Shown: positions 16,498 to 25,003, numbered from the stretch's first letter. The stretch: 25,003 nucleotides of DNA from Rhodospirillaceae bacterium (GCA_029881835.1 JAOULV010000001.1:1-25003); one strand, 5' to 3'. The notes: generated by a model from the letters alone, not told the origin. Program-made: numbers and translations.

Positions 16498-17094
16498 TTA
16501 TTCCCCGTGCACCGCTTCGCCACGGGCAAGGCCCAGATGGTGGGCCTGATGATGGCTACCGGAAACCATAAGACCATAAAAACCAAGGGCGCGAATGTGC
16601 AGGGTTTCTTTCGCATCGGATGAACTAACGGTTAGCTTTGCCCCGCTGGTGGTTGTCTCTGCTTTGGCATTCCAACCATTAAGACCGTTAATCATCGGCG
16701 CGTGCGCCGGCACCATGGAATGAACGGCCTTTAGCGCACGCCCTTTGGCGTTAATTGTAATTTCCAATCCGCCATCAATATTTTTACTGTTTATGTCGGT
16801 ATCAATTATCAGCAGGTTCATATCAACCAGATGTGCGCGTAGTGCGCCTATATTTACTTTTGCCCAGTCGGTATTAGGGTCTGCTTCTAATATGGCTATT
16901 ATTTCCGCCAGCGCGCCAAACGCACCTTGCCCCGGCAATGTTGGCATTTGTTCGTGGTGCATATTTTCATTCATATTTCCATGCATATTTCCATGCATAG
17001 ATTCAGAACTATTTTGCGCGGCAGCAAAACTGATATTGAGCAAAATTATAAATGCAGTAGCAGTAAACGTAACAAACAGTTTATTGGAATGCAT
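16498..17094 (-). CDS. exported His/Met-rich protein, putative metal (Cu) binding
   Basis: Signal peptide ending AAA, then SMHGNMHGNMNENMHHEQM, PGQGAFGALAEII...LRAHLVDM, HSMVPAHAPM and SHHQAHH. Confidence 0.8.
   Translation of the reverse strand: MHSNKLFVTFTATAFIILLNISFAAAQNSSESMHGNMHGNMNENMHHEQMPTLPGQGAFGALAEIIAILEADPNTDWAKVNIGALRAHLVDMNLLIIDTDINSKNIDGGLEITINAKGRALKAVHSMVPAHAPMINGLNGWNAKAETTTSGAKLTVSSSDAKETLHIRALGFYGLMVSGSHHQAHHLGLARGEAVHGE
16960..16999. repeat. 12-bp coding tandem repeat
   Basis: CATATTTTCATT, CATATTTCCATG, CATATTTCCATG, CATA; encodes MHGN-MHGN-MNEN-M on the minus strand. Confidence 0.85.
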
Positions 17095-17130
17095 AATTAT
17101 AATTTCCCCATTAACATTAATTTATTCGCT

Positions 17131-18672
17131 TTATTGCGGTTTCCAGCGCAACACCGGGTTTCTGGCGGCCGCTGTTTCATCAAGGCGACGACGCGGGGTG
17201 TGGCGCGGTGCATCATGGAAAAATTCCGCATCACCGGCTTTGGCTTTTTCGGCCAAGCCCCTAACGGTCTTGATGTACAGGTCTAGCGTTTCTTTTGATT
17301 CACTTTCGGTCGGTTCCATCAACAACGCACCGTGCACCACCAACGGGAAATACATGGTCATGGGATGAAAACCTTCGTCAATCATTGCTTTGGCAAAATC
17401 TAGCGTGCTAACCCCGGTATCTTTCAAGAAGCGGTCATCAAACAGAACTTCGTGCATGCAAAGCCCGTCAAACGAAACGCTTAAAATATCACCAAGGCTG
17501 GCACGCAGGTAATTGGCGTTAAGCACCGCATCGCCCGATGCCTGCATCAGGCCGTCTGCGCCATGGCTCATCATGAACGCAAGGGCGCGGGTGAACATGC
17601 CCATCTGCCCGTGATAGCCTTTCAAGCGACCGAACGGCACGCCGTCTGCTTCATTTACGTCTTCGACTAACTTGAAAGAATTTCCATCATGAATGACATA
17701 CGGAACAGGCGCAAATGGGGCCAATGCTTCCGATAGCACGGTCGGCCCGGCACCGGGGCCACCACCGCCGTGGGGGGTGGAAAATGTTTTATGCAGGTTG
17801 ATGTGCATGCAATCAATTCCCAAATCACCCGGGCGAACCCGGCCGCAAATGGCATTAAGGTTGGCACCGTCACAATAAAAATATCCACCCGCTTCGTGAA
17901 TGGCGTCGGCTATTTCGATTATATCGTTTTCAAACAGGCCGCAGGTATTGGGGTTGGTCAGCATTATGCCTGCCACATCGGGGCCAAGCTTGGCCTTGAA
18001 CGCGGCAATATCAACCCGGCCTTTAGCGGTGGCGGGAATTGAATCAACCGTAAAACCGCACGCCGCTGCCGTGGCCGGGTTGGTGCCGTGTGCGCTTTCG
18101 GGCACCAAAACGCGGGTACGGTTTTCACCGCGCGCTTTAATGGCGGCGGCAATTGCCATCATTCCGCAAAGTTCACCGTGGGCACCGGCGGCCGGGCTCA
18201 TGGCGACGGCCGGCATGTTGGTCAACGTTTTTAACCAATGCGCCAGCGTATCAATAAGTTCCAGCGCGCCTTGCACGGTTGATTGTGGTTGCAATGGGTG
18301 CAAATCACCAAGGCCGCGCATACGGGCTATTTTTTCATTTACCCTAGGGTTGTGCTTCATGGTGCACGAACCAAGCGGATAAAACCCCGAATCAATTCCG
18401 TAGTTTTTTTGGCTAAGCCGGGTGTAATGGCGAACGATTTGTGGTTCAGAAAGACCGGGGAGGCCCACATTTTCTTTTCGCGTCAATCCACCAAGGCGGC
18501 TATCAGAAATTTCAACCGGGTTGATGTCAACCCCGGTGCGGCCTTCTTCGCCCATTTCAAAAATCAACGGCTCATCAAATTCAAGCCCCTTTGACCCGCT
18601 AATGGTAACGGTTTTGGGTTGTTGCGAGCCTGCGACGGGAACGTTTGTGCGTCCTTGTGACATGTCAGACAT
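17131..18672 (-). CDS. gcvPB: glycine dehydrogenase (decarboxylating) subunit 2
   Basis: YPLGSCTMKHNP and the PLP-lysine motif HINLHKTFSTPHGGGGPG; TAATG overlap with gcvPA. Confidence 0.97.
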   Translation of the reverse strand: MSDMSQGRTNVPVAGSQQPKTVTISGSKGLEFDEPLIFEMGEEGRTGVDINPVEISDSRLGGLTRKENVGLPGLSEPQIVRHYTRLSQKNYGIDSGFYPLGSCTMKHNPRVNEKIARMRGLGDLHPLQPQSTVQGALELIDTLAHWLKTLTNMPAVAMSPAAGAHGELCGMMAIAAAIKARGENRTRVLVPESAHGTNPATAAACGFTVDSIPATAKGRVDIAAFKAKLGPDVAGIMLTNPNTCGLFENDIIEIADAIHEAGGYFYCDGANLNAICGRVRPGDLGIDCMHINLHKTFSTPHGGGGPGAGPTVLSEALAPFAPVPYVIHDGNSFKLVEDVNEADGVPFGRLKGYHGQMGMFTRALAFMMSHGADGLMQASGDAVLNANYLRASLGDILSVSFDGLCMHEVLFDDRFLKDTGVSTLDFAKAMIDEGFHPMTMYFPLVVHGALLMEPTESESKETLDLYIKTVRGLAEKAKAGDAEFFHDAPRHTPRRRLDETAAARNPVLRWKPQ

Positions 18673-20021
18673 TACAATATCTCCTTCAATGCCGCGGTTA
18701 ATGCTTCCATGTCTTTGACCGTGTTGGTTTCGGTTGCCGCTACTATCATCATGTTGGTGAAATCTGCGTTACCGGGGAAAAGCCGTGAAAGGGGAATACC
18801 GCCCAAAATTCCTTTGCTTGCTAATTTTTCCACCACTTCGCCCGCCGGCTTGGCAAGCTTGACGGTAAATTCATTGAAGAATGTTTTGTTTAGCACTTCT
18901 ACGCCACTAACTTTGGCTAACATATCGGCCAAGGTGCAGGCATTGGCGTGGTTGGTTCTGGCCAAACGTTTAATGCCTTCGTCACCCAGCAGTGACGCAT
19001 GGATGGAAAACGCCAGCGCGCATAGGCCCGAGTTAGTACAAATATTTGACGTAGCTTTTTCCCGGCGAATGTGTTGTTCGCGGGTTGAAAGGGTTAAAAC
19101 CCAGCCACGCTTGCCTTCAACGTCTTTGGTTTCACCGCAAACCCGGCCGGGCATCTGGCGAACATATTTTGGGTTGGTGGCAAAAAGCCCGACATAAGGT
19201 CCGCCAAAACCAAGCGGGTTGCCAATTGATTGCCCTTCGGCGGCAACAATGTCGGCACCTTGGTTGCCCGGTGCTTCCAACAGGCCAAGCGAGATAATTT
19301 CGGTATTTACCGCAATCAACAAAGCACCTTTTTCGTGCGCCGCTTCGGCAATTTTTGTCAGGTCATAGAGGTTGCCAAAAACGTCAGGGGTTTGCACCAT
19401 TACGCATGATGTTTTGTCATCAATCAGGGAAATGAGCTCGTCCATACTGTCGCCGTTAGCATTGGGTTCGGGCGATACAATTTCAAAGCCAAGATATTTT
19501 GCATGCGTCTCGGTTACCTCGCGGTAATGCGGGTGCAGGCCACCGGCAATGACCGCGCGTTCGCGCCGGGTTACGCGGTTTGCCATCATTACCGCTTCGG
19601 CGGCAGATGTTGCGCCGTCATACATAGATGCGTTGGCGACTTCCATTCCGGTTAATAATGCAACTTGGGTTTGGAATTCGAACAATACCTGCAAGGTTCC
19701 CTGGCTTACTTCCGGCTGATAAGGGGTGTAAGCGGTCAGGAATTCGCCGCGCTGGATCATGTAATCAACGGTTGCCGGTATATGGTGGCGATAAGCGCCG
19801 CCACCAAGAAACGACGGCGAGGTGGAGGGGCTAAGATTTTTGGCCGCCATTTCAGCCATTATCCTTTCCACTTCCATCTCGCCTTGACGTGGGGGGAGGT
19901 CCACTGGCGCTTTTAACAGCGCCTGAGCTGGTACGTCGGCAAACAATCCGTTGATGTCATTAACACCGATTTTGCGAAGCATTTCTTCGCGGTCTTCATC
20001 GGTTAGCGGCAGGTAGCGCAT
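18672..20021 (-). CDS. gcvPA: glycine dehydrogenase (decarboxylating) subunit 1
   Basis: EFLTAYTPYQPEVSQG, NASMYDGAT and REQHIRREKATSNICTN motifs. Confidence 0.97.
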   Translation of the reverse strand: MRYLPLTDEDREEMLRKIGVNDINGLFADVPAQALLKAPVDLPPRQGEMEVERIMAEMAAKNLSPSTSPSFLGGGAYRHHIPATVDYMIQRGEFLTAYTPYQPEVSQGTLQVLFEFQTQVALLTGMEVANASMYDGATSAAEAVMMANRVTRRERAVIAGGLHPHYREVTETHAKYLGFEIVSPEPNANGDSMDELISLIDDKTSCVMVQTPDVFGNLYDLTKIAEAAHEKGALLIAVNTEIISLGLLEAPGNQGADIVAAEGQSIGNPLGFGGPYVGLFATNPKYVRQMPGRVCGETKDVEGKRGWVLTLSTREQHIRREKATSNICTNSGLCALAFSIHASLLGDEGIKRLARTNHANACTLADMLAKVSGVEVLNKTFFNEFTVKLAKPAGEVVEKLASKGILGGIPLSRLFPGNADFTNMMIVAATETNTVKDMEALTAALKEIL

Positions 20022-20042
20022 TTTGATTTTTTCCTATTAAAC

Positions 20043-20420
20043 TTAATCTAGGGTGCCCAAATATTCGTCGTATTCGGCATCGTTCATCATTCCATCCAGT
20101 TCGGACGTATTGGACATTTTAATTTTAAAGAACCAGCCATCGCTTCCGGCTTCGCCTGAAACCTGCGCCGGGTCATCGGCAATGGCTTGGTTGCCTTCAA
20201 CCACTTCGCCGCTAACAGGGGCGTAAACTTCGCTTGCGGCTTTGACCGATTCAACCACGGCGGCTTCTTCGCCAACCGAAACTGATTTACCCGCATCCGG
20301 AACTTCGACAAAAACAAGATCGCCAAGCTGTTCAAGCGCATAAGTGGTGATGCCAACGGTTGCGACATCGCCGTCAACCGAAACCCATTCATGATCTTTG
20401 GTAAATTTAATTGTGCTCAT
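20043..20420 (-). CDS. gcvH: glycine cleavage system H protein
   Basis: FTKDHEW and the lipoyl-lysine motif [17 protein letters not shown]. Confidence 0.97.
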   Translation of the reverse strand: MSTIKFTKDHEWVSVDGDVATVGITTYALEQLGDLVFVEVPDAGKSVSVGEEAAVVESVKAASEVYAPVSGEVVEGNQAIADDPAQVSGEAGSDGWFFKIKMSNTSELDGMMNDAEYDEYLGTLD

Positions 20421-20434
20421 TTTAAAAGATTCCC

Positions 20435-21559
20435 TTATTTCTTGATACGATAACGATGCGGGGTGAACGGCATTTTCACCACTCGGGCTGCAATTGCCTT
20501 GCCGCGAACAATAAGTTTTAATTCAGTGCCTTCAGCGCTGAAATCAGTTTTGACATAACCCATCGCCACCGGGCCATCAACGCTGGGGCCAAACCCGCCG
20601 CTGGTAATGGTGCCGATGGTGTTTCCATTGTTGTCTTGGATTTCGGTTCCTTCACGCGCCGGTGCACGACCTTCTGGTTTTATACCAACGCGCAGACGTT
20701 CGGTTCCGTTTTCAATTTGGTCCATTATTATATTTGCGCCGGGGAAGTTTTTTTCTTCGCGTCGGCGTTTGTTGATTGCCCATTTAAGGTCGGCTTCAAC
20801 CGGGGTGGTGGTCGTATCTATGTCGTGGCCATAAAGGCAAAGCCCCGCTTCAAGGCGCAGGCTGTCGCGCGCACCAAGGCCGATTGCCTCGACCTCGGGC
20901 TCACTTAAAAGCTTTTTCGCAAGCTCGGTTGCTTGGTTTGCGGGTACGGAAATTTCAAACCCATCTTCGCCGCTATAACCTGAACGGGTGGCAAAACACG
21001 CGATACCTGCAATTGTTACCTCGGCAAAGGTCATAAATGTCATGTCTGCGGTTTCAGGCGAAAGCCTTGCCACAACCTCGCCCGCTTTGGGTCCTTGTAT
21101 CGCCAATAATGCGCGGTCTTCAAGAATTTCCAGCTCGGCCTTGCCTGCGGTTTTTACCTTGATGTGGGCAAAGTCGGCATCCTTGCAGGCCGCGTTGACA
21201 ACGATGTAAAGACCGCCGTCAATTCTGGTTGCCATCAGGTCATCCATTATACAGCCCTTGTTATTTAGCAAAACCGTATAGCGGGTTTTGCCCACGGGCA
21301 TTATTTGATAATCGCCCGGAACCAAAGATTCAAAGGCATCAACTGCCCCATCACCTTTAAGAAATGCTTGGCCCATGTGCGAAACATCAAACAGACCAGC
21401 ATTAGTGCGGGTATGAAGGTGTTCTTTCAAAACCCCCATTGGGTATTGAACCGGCATGTCATAGCCTGCAAACGGCACCATTTTGGCACCCAGTTCACGG
21501 TGTAATGCGTCCAGCGGGGTTTTATTTAATTGGATGCTGTCTTTTTGGTTTTCTGGCAC
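20435..21559 (-). CDS. gcvT: glycine cleavage aminomethyltransferase
   Basis: [21 protein letters not shown] and [14 protein letters not shown] motifs; GTG start with AAGGAA RBS. Confidence 0.97.
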   Translation of the reverse strand: MPENQKDSIQLNKTPLDALHRELGAKMVPFAGYDMPVQYPMGVLKEHLHTRTNAGLFDVSHMGQAFLKGDGAVDAFESLVPGDYQIMPVGKTRYTVLLNNKGCIMDDLMATRIDGGLYIVVNAACKDADFAHIKVKTAGKAELEILEDRALLAIQGPKAGEVVARLSPETADMTFMTFAEVTIAGIACFATRSGYSGEDGFEISVPANQATELAKKLLSEPEVEAIGLGARDSLRLEAGLCLYGHDIDTTTTPVEADLKWAINKRRREEKNFPGANIIMDQIENGTERLRVGIKPEGRAPAREGTEIQDNNGNTIGTITSGGFGPSVDGPVAMGYVKTDFSAEGTELKLIVRGKAIAARVVKMPFTPHRYRIKK

Positions 21560-21623
21560 TTAGAGGTTCCTTCAGCGGTATTGGGCAGATTCCACGGCTC
21601 GATCAAAAGCCGTACTCTGCCCC

Positions 21624-21836
21624 ACCCTGTCTTGGAACCTGAAAGATTCCCCGCAAAAAACTTACGGGTTACATCTTCGGTGAGGCGCAAAAAATAATAT
21701 TGCGCCTACTTTCCAGAGCCTCGTTGCCGACTGCGGTCCGGGTGCCTGAGAGATTCCGGGGCGGTTGCTCCTTCGGCGTCGGTATTTATGGCAAATTGCC
21801 AAAACCGAACTCTCCCGCAGTGGCTTAAAATCGAGG
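21624..21836 (-). promoter_or_regulatory. tandem glycine riboswitch (cis-regulatory RNA)
   Basis: Aptamer 1 reads CTGCG-GGAGAG...CGCCGAAGGAGCAA...AATCTCTCAGGC...CGCAG. Aptamer 2 reads CTCTG-GAAAG...CACCGAAGATGTAA...AATCTTTCAGGT...CAGGG. Located in the gcvT leader. Confidence 0.95.
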
Positions 21837-21865
21837 AAAAAACACGTTTCCTTAAAAGTGTGGTT

Positions 21866-21893
21866 ATTCTAGCTGCCATATGGGTTTGGTCAA
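21866..21893 (-). promoter_or_regulatory. sigma70 promoter of the gcv operon
   Basis: TTGACC-N16-TAGAAT, with each hexamer matching consensus at 5/6, directly upstream of the riboswitch. Confidence 0.7.
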
Positions 21894-21946
21894 CAGGTTC
21901 CAAGCTTAAGCCCGGCCAATTTGTGTGGGTATCTGGGGGTAACTTA

Positions 21947-22519
21947 TTAACGCCTTGCTTTGACGTAGTTCAATTCATCGCGGCTGAGCTGTAGGCCTAT
22001 GAAAACACGCCATTTTGCCGCGGATTCACCGTCTTTTAAGGGAAGGGTTAAAATAACGGGTATTTCTTCCTGCCACAGGGTCTCGTCCAAACCATCCGGG
22101 TAAGTGATGGTTACGGGAAAGCGTTGTTTGTTGATAATTGTGCCACGGCTGTCCGATAGGGCGACAAAATAATCGAATCGGGCCATCCCATCGGTATTTG
22201 CCGGGCCTTTGATTGATGCAATCTGTGGGATAATTTCAACGTTCATTACCGCATCATCAATATTGTGTTCGCACGACCCCCTAAAACCGCTAAATAGTTC
22301 TTCGTGGATTATATTTTGTTCAACGCTTGCACCACCCGGTGCAAAACGAACCAGATTGGACCCATCAGAAAGGATTGATACTTCCGGGCATTCAAGGGTT
22401 GTATCGTTAGTGGTTGTTGAGCAACCGGCCAAACCAACGCTCAGGCCAATACCAAACAACGCCACGGTCAAATATTTGACCGCCAGCGCTATATTATTTT
22501 TCTGACCCGAATGCTTCAT
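21947..22519 (-). CDS. hypothetical lipoprotein
   Basis: 190 aa with an LAGC lipobox (C33) and a CPEVSI...RF...C segment. The ATG overlaps the CDGSH stop (TAATG). Confidence 0.8.
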   Translation of the reverse strand: MKHSGQKNNIALAVKYLTVALFGIGLSVGLAGCSTTTNDTTLECPEVSILSDGSNLVRFAPGGASVEQNIIHEELFSGFRGSCEHNIDDAVMNVEIIPQIASIKGPANTDGMARFDYFVALSDSRGTIINKQRFPVTITYPDGLDETLWQEEIPVILTLPLKDGESAAKWRVFIGLQLSRDELNYVKARR

Positions 22520-22758
22520 TAAATATCCTCGTGCGATCCATCGCAAAACGGCGGGGTTTTTGTTGCTTTGCAACCACAAAAATAAACTGTTTCGCTTTTT
22601 TCCGCTTTATGGGGCAGGGATTTGAATTCCGTGCCTTTGTGTGAACCGTCACAAAAAGGTTGTTTATTGCTTCTTCCGCAGGCGCACCAATAATAGGTTT
22701 TGCCTTCTTCTACTTCTACTTCGTATGGTCCTTTTTGTGCGCATTGTGGGTTGTTCAA
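22519..22758 (-). CDS. CDGSH iron-sulfur protein with two CDGSH motifs (MiNT/CISD3-like)
   Basis: WCACGRSNKQPFCDGSH and FCGCKATKTPPFCDGSH; TTG start with AGGAAA RBS. Confidence 0.93.
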   Translation of the reverse strand: MNNPQCAQKGPYEVEVEEGKTYYWCACGRSNKQPFCDGSHKGTEFKSLPHKAEKSETVYFCGCKATKTPPFCDGSHEDI

Positions 22759-22826
22759 GGCCGTTTCCTTTTTGTTATGTAGTTAAATAATTGTAATATG
22801 GAACGACTTTAATTAACTGGCGCGAT

Positions 22827-22844
22827 ATATACAAGATATACAAG
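22827..22844. repeat. perfect 9-bp tandem duplication
   Basis: ATATACAAG ATATACAAG in the 94-bp gap between the TPR-like gene and the CDGSH gene. Confidence 0.7.
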
Positions 22845-22852
22845 ATGCGCGG

Positions 22853-24649
22853 TTAATTTCCTTTATCCGTTGCGCTATCGGCAAGCCCACTAAGGGTTAG
22901 GGCGACCTTGGCCAGCGCGCGCGCACGACCCCACGGGTGATTTATTTTTATGGCTTCTTTTTTAGCTTGATCGTACAGATCCCACGCTCCGTCAATATCG
23001 CCTTTTTCTGCCCTTGTTTCTGATATATCGCAAAGCATCCATACTTTGCTTAATGCGCTTTTTATATCTCCGGTGGCGGAAATGGCTTTTTTATATGCAA
23101 AATTATAAAAATTGCTCTCGGCGCGTTTTCGCTCATCCGCTATGGCCCATATTATGTGGGCGCGCAGACGATCATCGGATACAAGATCCGCAACCTCAAG
23201 CGACTTTGCCATTAAATCTTTGTCGTCACCTGCGCTTATGCCGACATCATTGTATGAAAGCGCTATGCGCGACATGGCGTATGCTTTGGCAAAGGGAAAA
23301 CGAATTGTTTTTGCCGCATCCAGCGCCTTGCCCAAGGTTTCAACCGAATCATCTATCATCCCGGCACCCGCTTGATAGGCGGCAATTTTTGAAAGTACCA
23401 AAGAACGATAGCGAACCGCCTCTATGGCATCGGCAGTGCTAAGCGCAATATCCGACCTGCCGGAAAGGGCGTGACTGGTAGCGGCAGCCATAAGTATCGG
23501 AACATCATCCGCGCCATTTTTTGCCCCCTTAATAATTTTTAAGGCACGGGTCGGATCGCCCGATTCCGCCAGCGCGGCGGCAACATGACGCAATGCTTTT
23601 TCGCGCAAATGGTCATCATTTATTCTGCGCGCAATGGATAGCGCATTATCAATATATTTTTTTGATCTTTCTTCCTCGTCGTTATTATAAAGAATAACCG
23701 CCAGCCGCGACATTATGGCCGCTTTATTTAATGGATCTTTTACTTTGTCTAAATATTTAACAAGGTGCTCGCTGGTTTCATAGGAAAGCTGTTTATTGCC
23801 TTTGCGTGCCATAATTTCAGTTATGGAAATATATGCTTCTATCTGGCCGTTAAGGTCAGGAATAATATCTACCGCTTCCATTGCTTCCACATGGCGCCCG
23901 GCCTCGGCCTGGCTTTTGGCAATATCGCGCAAGGCGACCATTATCAGTTGCGGGTCATGAATGCGCCTTGCCGAATTCATTGCATCTTCGGCTAGGCCGG
24001 CCTTTGCTTGCGCCGCTAGAATTTCCCCAAGTGACCAGTTTTTCATTTCTAGTTTTTCAATTTCATCAACCGCAATTGACGCCTCTATCAACAGACAGCG
24101 CGGTGTTGTTTTTTCAACGCATTTGTTCCAGTCGTGCTTTATCAGGATGCCTGCATCAAAATCGCCCTCAATAAGGTTTCTGGTTTCCGGTCTGGAAAGA
24201 AGCGCTTGCTTGGCAGTGTCCATTGACCGGTTTTTTGCTTTTTCCAATTTTTTCAAAAGCTCGCCAACCTTGCCACCGGTTTGCAGATTATCTGACAGGC
24301 TTTTTGATGGCTTTCCATCAACCGCCAAGCCGGCGCTTTTTTGGTATGCACGGATCGCCCCTTCGGTTTCCGGGCCAAATACGCCGTCAATAGCGCCTAA
24401 AAAGTATCCTTGTTTGGAAAGGTTTTCCTGAATTGCTTTGACCAAAGCAGGATTATACCCAGAGCCGGATTTATTATCAGACGTAGAGTTATCCCTGGTG
24501 GCGGCCAGCAAAATGCCCCCGGGCTGGTTGGCAAAATCATTATTTTTGAAATCTGTGCGCGAATCGACACCCGCGCCTGAGGCATATCCCCCCCCAGCAC
24601 AAAACATCACAACAAGAGCACACCTGCCAAAAAAGCGGTACGGCTTCAT
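22853..24649 (-). CDS. exported protein with a PG_binding_1-like domain and TPR-like helical repeats
   Basis: 598 aa. LVKAIQENLSKQGYFLGAIDGVFGPETEGAIRAYQKSAGLAVDG is followed by repeats such as ALRDIAKSQAEAG, ALRHVAAALAESGD and VLSKIAAYQAGAG. Confidence 0.85.
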   Translation of the reverse strand: MKPYRFFGRCALVVMFCAGGGYASGAGVDSRTDFKNNDFANQPGGILLAATRDNSTSDNKSGSGYNPALVKAIQENLSKQGYFLGAIDGVFGPETEGAIRAYQKSAGLAVDGKPSKSLSDNLQTGGKVGELLKKLEKAKNRSMDTAKQALLSRPETRNLIEGDFDAGILIKHDWNKCVEKTTPRCLLIEASIAVDEIEKLEMKNWSLGEILAAQAKAGLAEDAMNSARRIHDPQLIMVALRDIAKSQAEAGRHVEAMEAVDIIPDLNGQIEAYISITEIMARKGNKQLSYETSEHLVKYLDKVKDPLNKAAIMSRLAVILYNNDEEERSKKYIDNALSIARRINDDHLREKALRHVAAALAESGDPTRALKIIKGAKNGADDVPILMAAATSHALSGRSDIALSTADAIEAVRYRSLVLSKIAAYQAGAGMIDDSVETLGKALDAAKTIRFPFAKAYAMSRIALSYNDVGISAGDDKDLMAKSLEVADLVSDDRLRAHIIWAIADERKRAESNFYNFAYKKAISATGDIKSALSKVWMLCDISETRAEKGDIDGAWDLYDQAKKEAIKINHPWGRARALAKVALTLSGLADSATDKGN

Positions 24650-24681
24650 GGTTTTTCCCGTTTATTTAAGGCCGCATAAAT

Positions 24682-24710
24682 ATAATATAGAATGTGTCTT
24701 ATGGTTCCAA
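24682..24710 (-). promoter_or_regulatory. putative sigma70 promoter of the PG-binding/TPR gene
   Basis: The minus strand has TTGGAA-N17-TATTAT, about 30 nt upstream of ATG 24649. Confidence 0.35.
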
Positions 24711-24861
24711 GCATCCATCGGGTTTAAAATGATTATTTCCATGGCAAGCCATCATGCTGGACATGGCGGGGGCCATTGCCTAGAAATAATCTGGTCGGGT
24801 AAAAATTGCCTAAACGTTAAAGTTTAATTATTTACTGTTTCAAAGTGGGGGGCCTGCAAGG

Positions 24862-25003
24862 GTGGCAGTTTATACGGAAGTTTCTGATGATGATCTGGCC
24901 AAATTTGCCGATGTTTACGGCATTGGCGAGGTTCTTTCGTGCAAAGGCATAGCCGAAGGGGTGGAAAATTCAAATTTTCTGCTCAACACCGACAAGGGCT
25001 CGT
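24862..25003 (+). CDS. thrB: homoserine kinase type II, 5' part only (truncated by the window edge; not in the ORF track)
   Basis: GTG 24862 translates as [46 protein letters not shown], the typical alphaproteobacterial ThrB N-terminus. Confidence 0.88.
   Translation, partial: MAVYTEVSDDDLAKFADVYGIGEVLSCKGIAEGVENSNFLLNTDKGS

Noticed and set aside
16745-17368. 207-aa plus-strand ORF and many other 60-180 aa ORFs
   Set aside because: They are antisense or out-of-frame shadows of well-supported genes and carry no recognisable motifs.
57-22579. Longer starts in the ORF track (petC 1013, petA 2747, actF 4564, actD 5695, OsmC 14904, 16101, 22579)
   Set aside because: The extensions overlap upstream genes or lack an RBS. 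The downstream ATGs fit the RBS positions and family N-termini better.
24438-24827. 129-aa plus-strand ORF with SHHAGHGGGHC
   Set aside because: More than half overlaps the TPR gene antisense, it has a TTG start and no family signal. A short peptide from ATG at about 24729 cannot be excluded but is unsupported.
1-25003. CRISPR arrays, tRNA/rRNA genes, IS elements, integrases, prophage genes
   Set aside because: I saw no repeat-spacer pattern, cloverleaf, transposase or phage motif by eye. tRNAscan-SE and Infernal were not run.

Overview
This window comes from an alphaproteobacterial chromosome, probably Rhodospirillales-like (inferred from gene content and order). Left to right it holds: a complete cytochrome bc1 operon (petABC, minus strand, with a 3' terminator); trmL; a complete seven-gene alternative complex III operon (actA-B1-B2-C-D-E-F, minus strand, split ActB); cca, a DUF6111-like gene, a CoA-type Nudix gene and a DUF1285 gene; pirin, OsmC-like, a lipoprotein and a small hypothetical gene; a His/Met-rich exported protein; the glycine cleavage operon gcvT-H-PA-PB behind a tandem glycine riboswitch; a lipoprotein; a two-domain CDGSH protein; a peptidoglycan-binding/TPR-like protein; and the 5' end of thrB. 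The main signal is two unrelated quinol:cytochrome c oxidoreductases about 750 bp apart. The ACIII is a variant whose ActB1 keeps an intact CX2CX3CX27C iron-sulfur motif, whose ActE lacks a lipobox, and which has no adjoining oxidase genes. It appears to sit where hemF usually lies. I saw no tRNA, rRNA, CRISPR array or mobile element. Family assignments come from motif recognition, synteny statements come from memory, and no searches were run.
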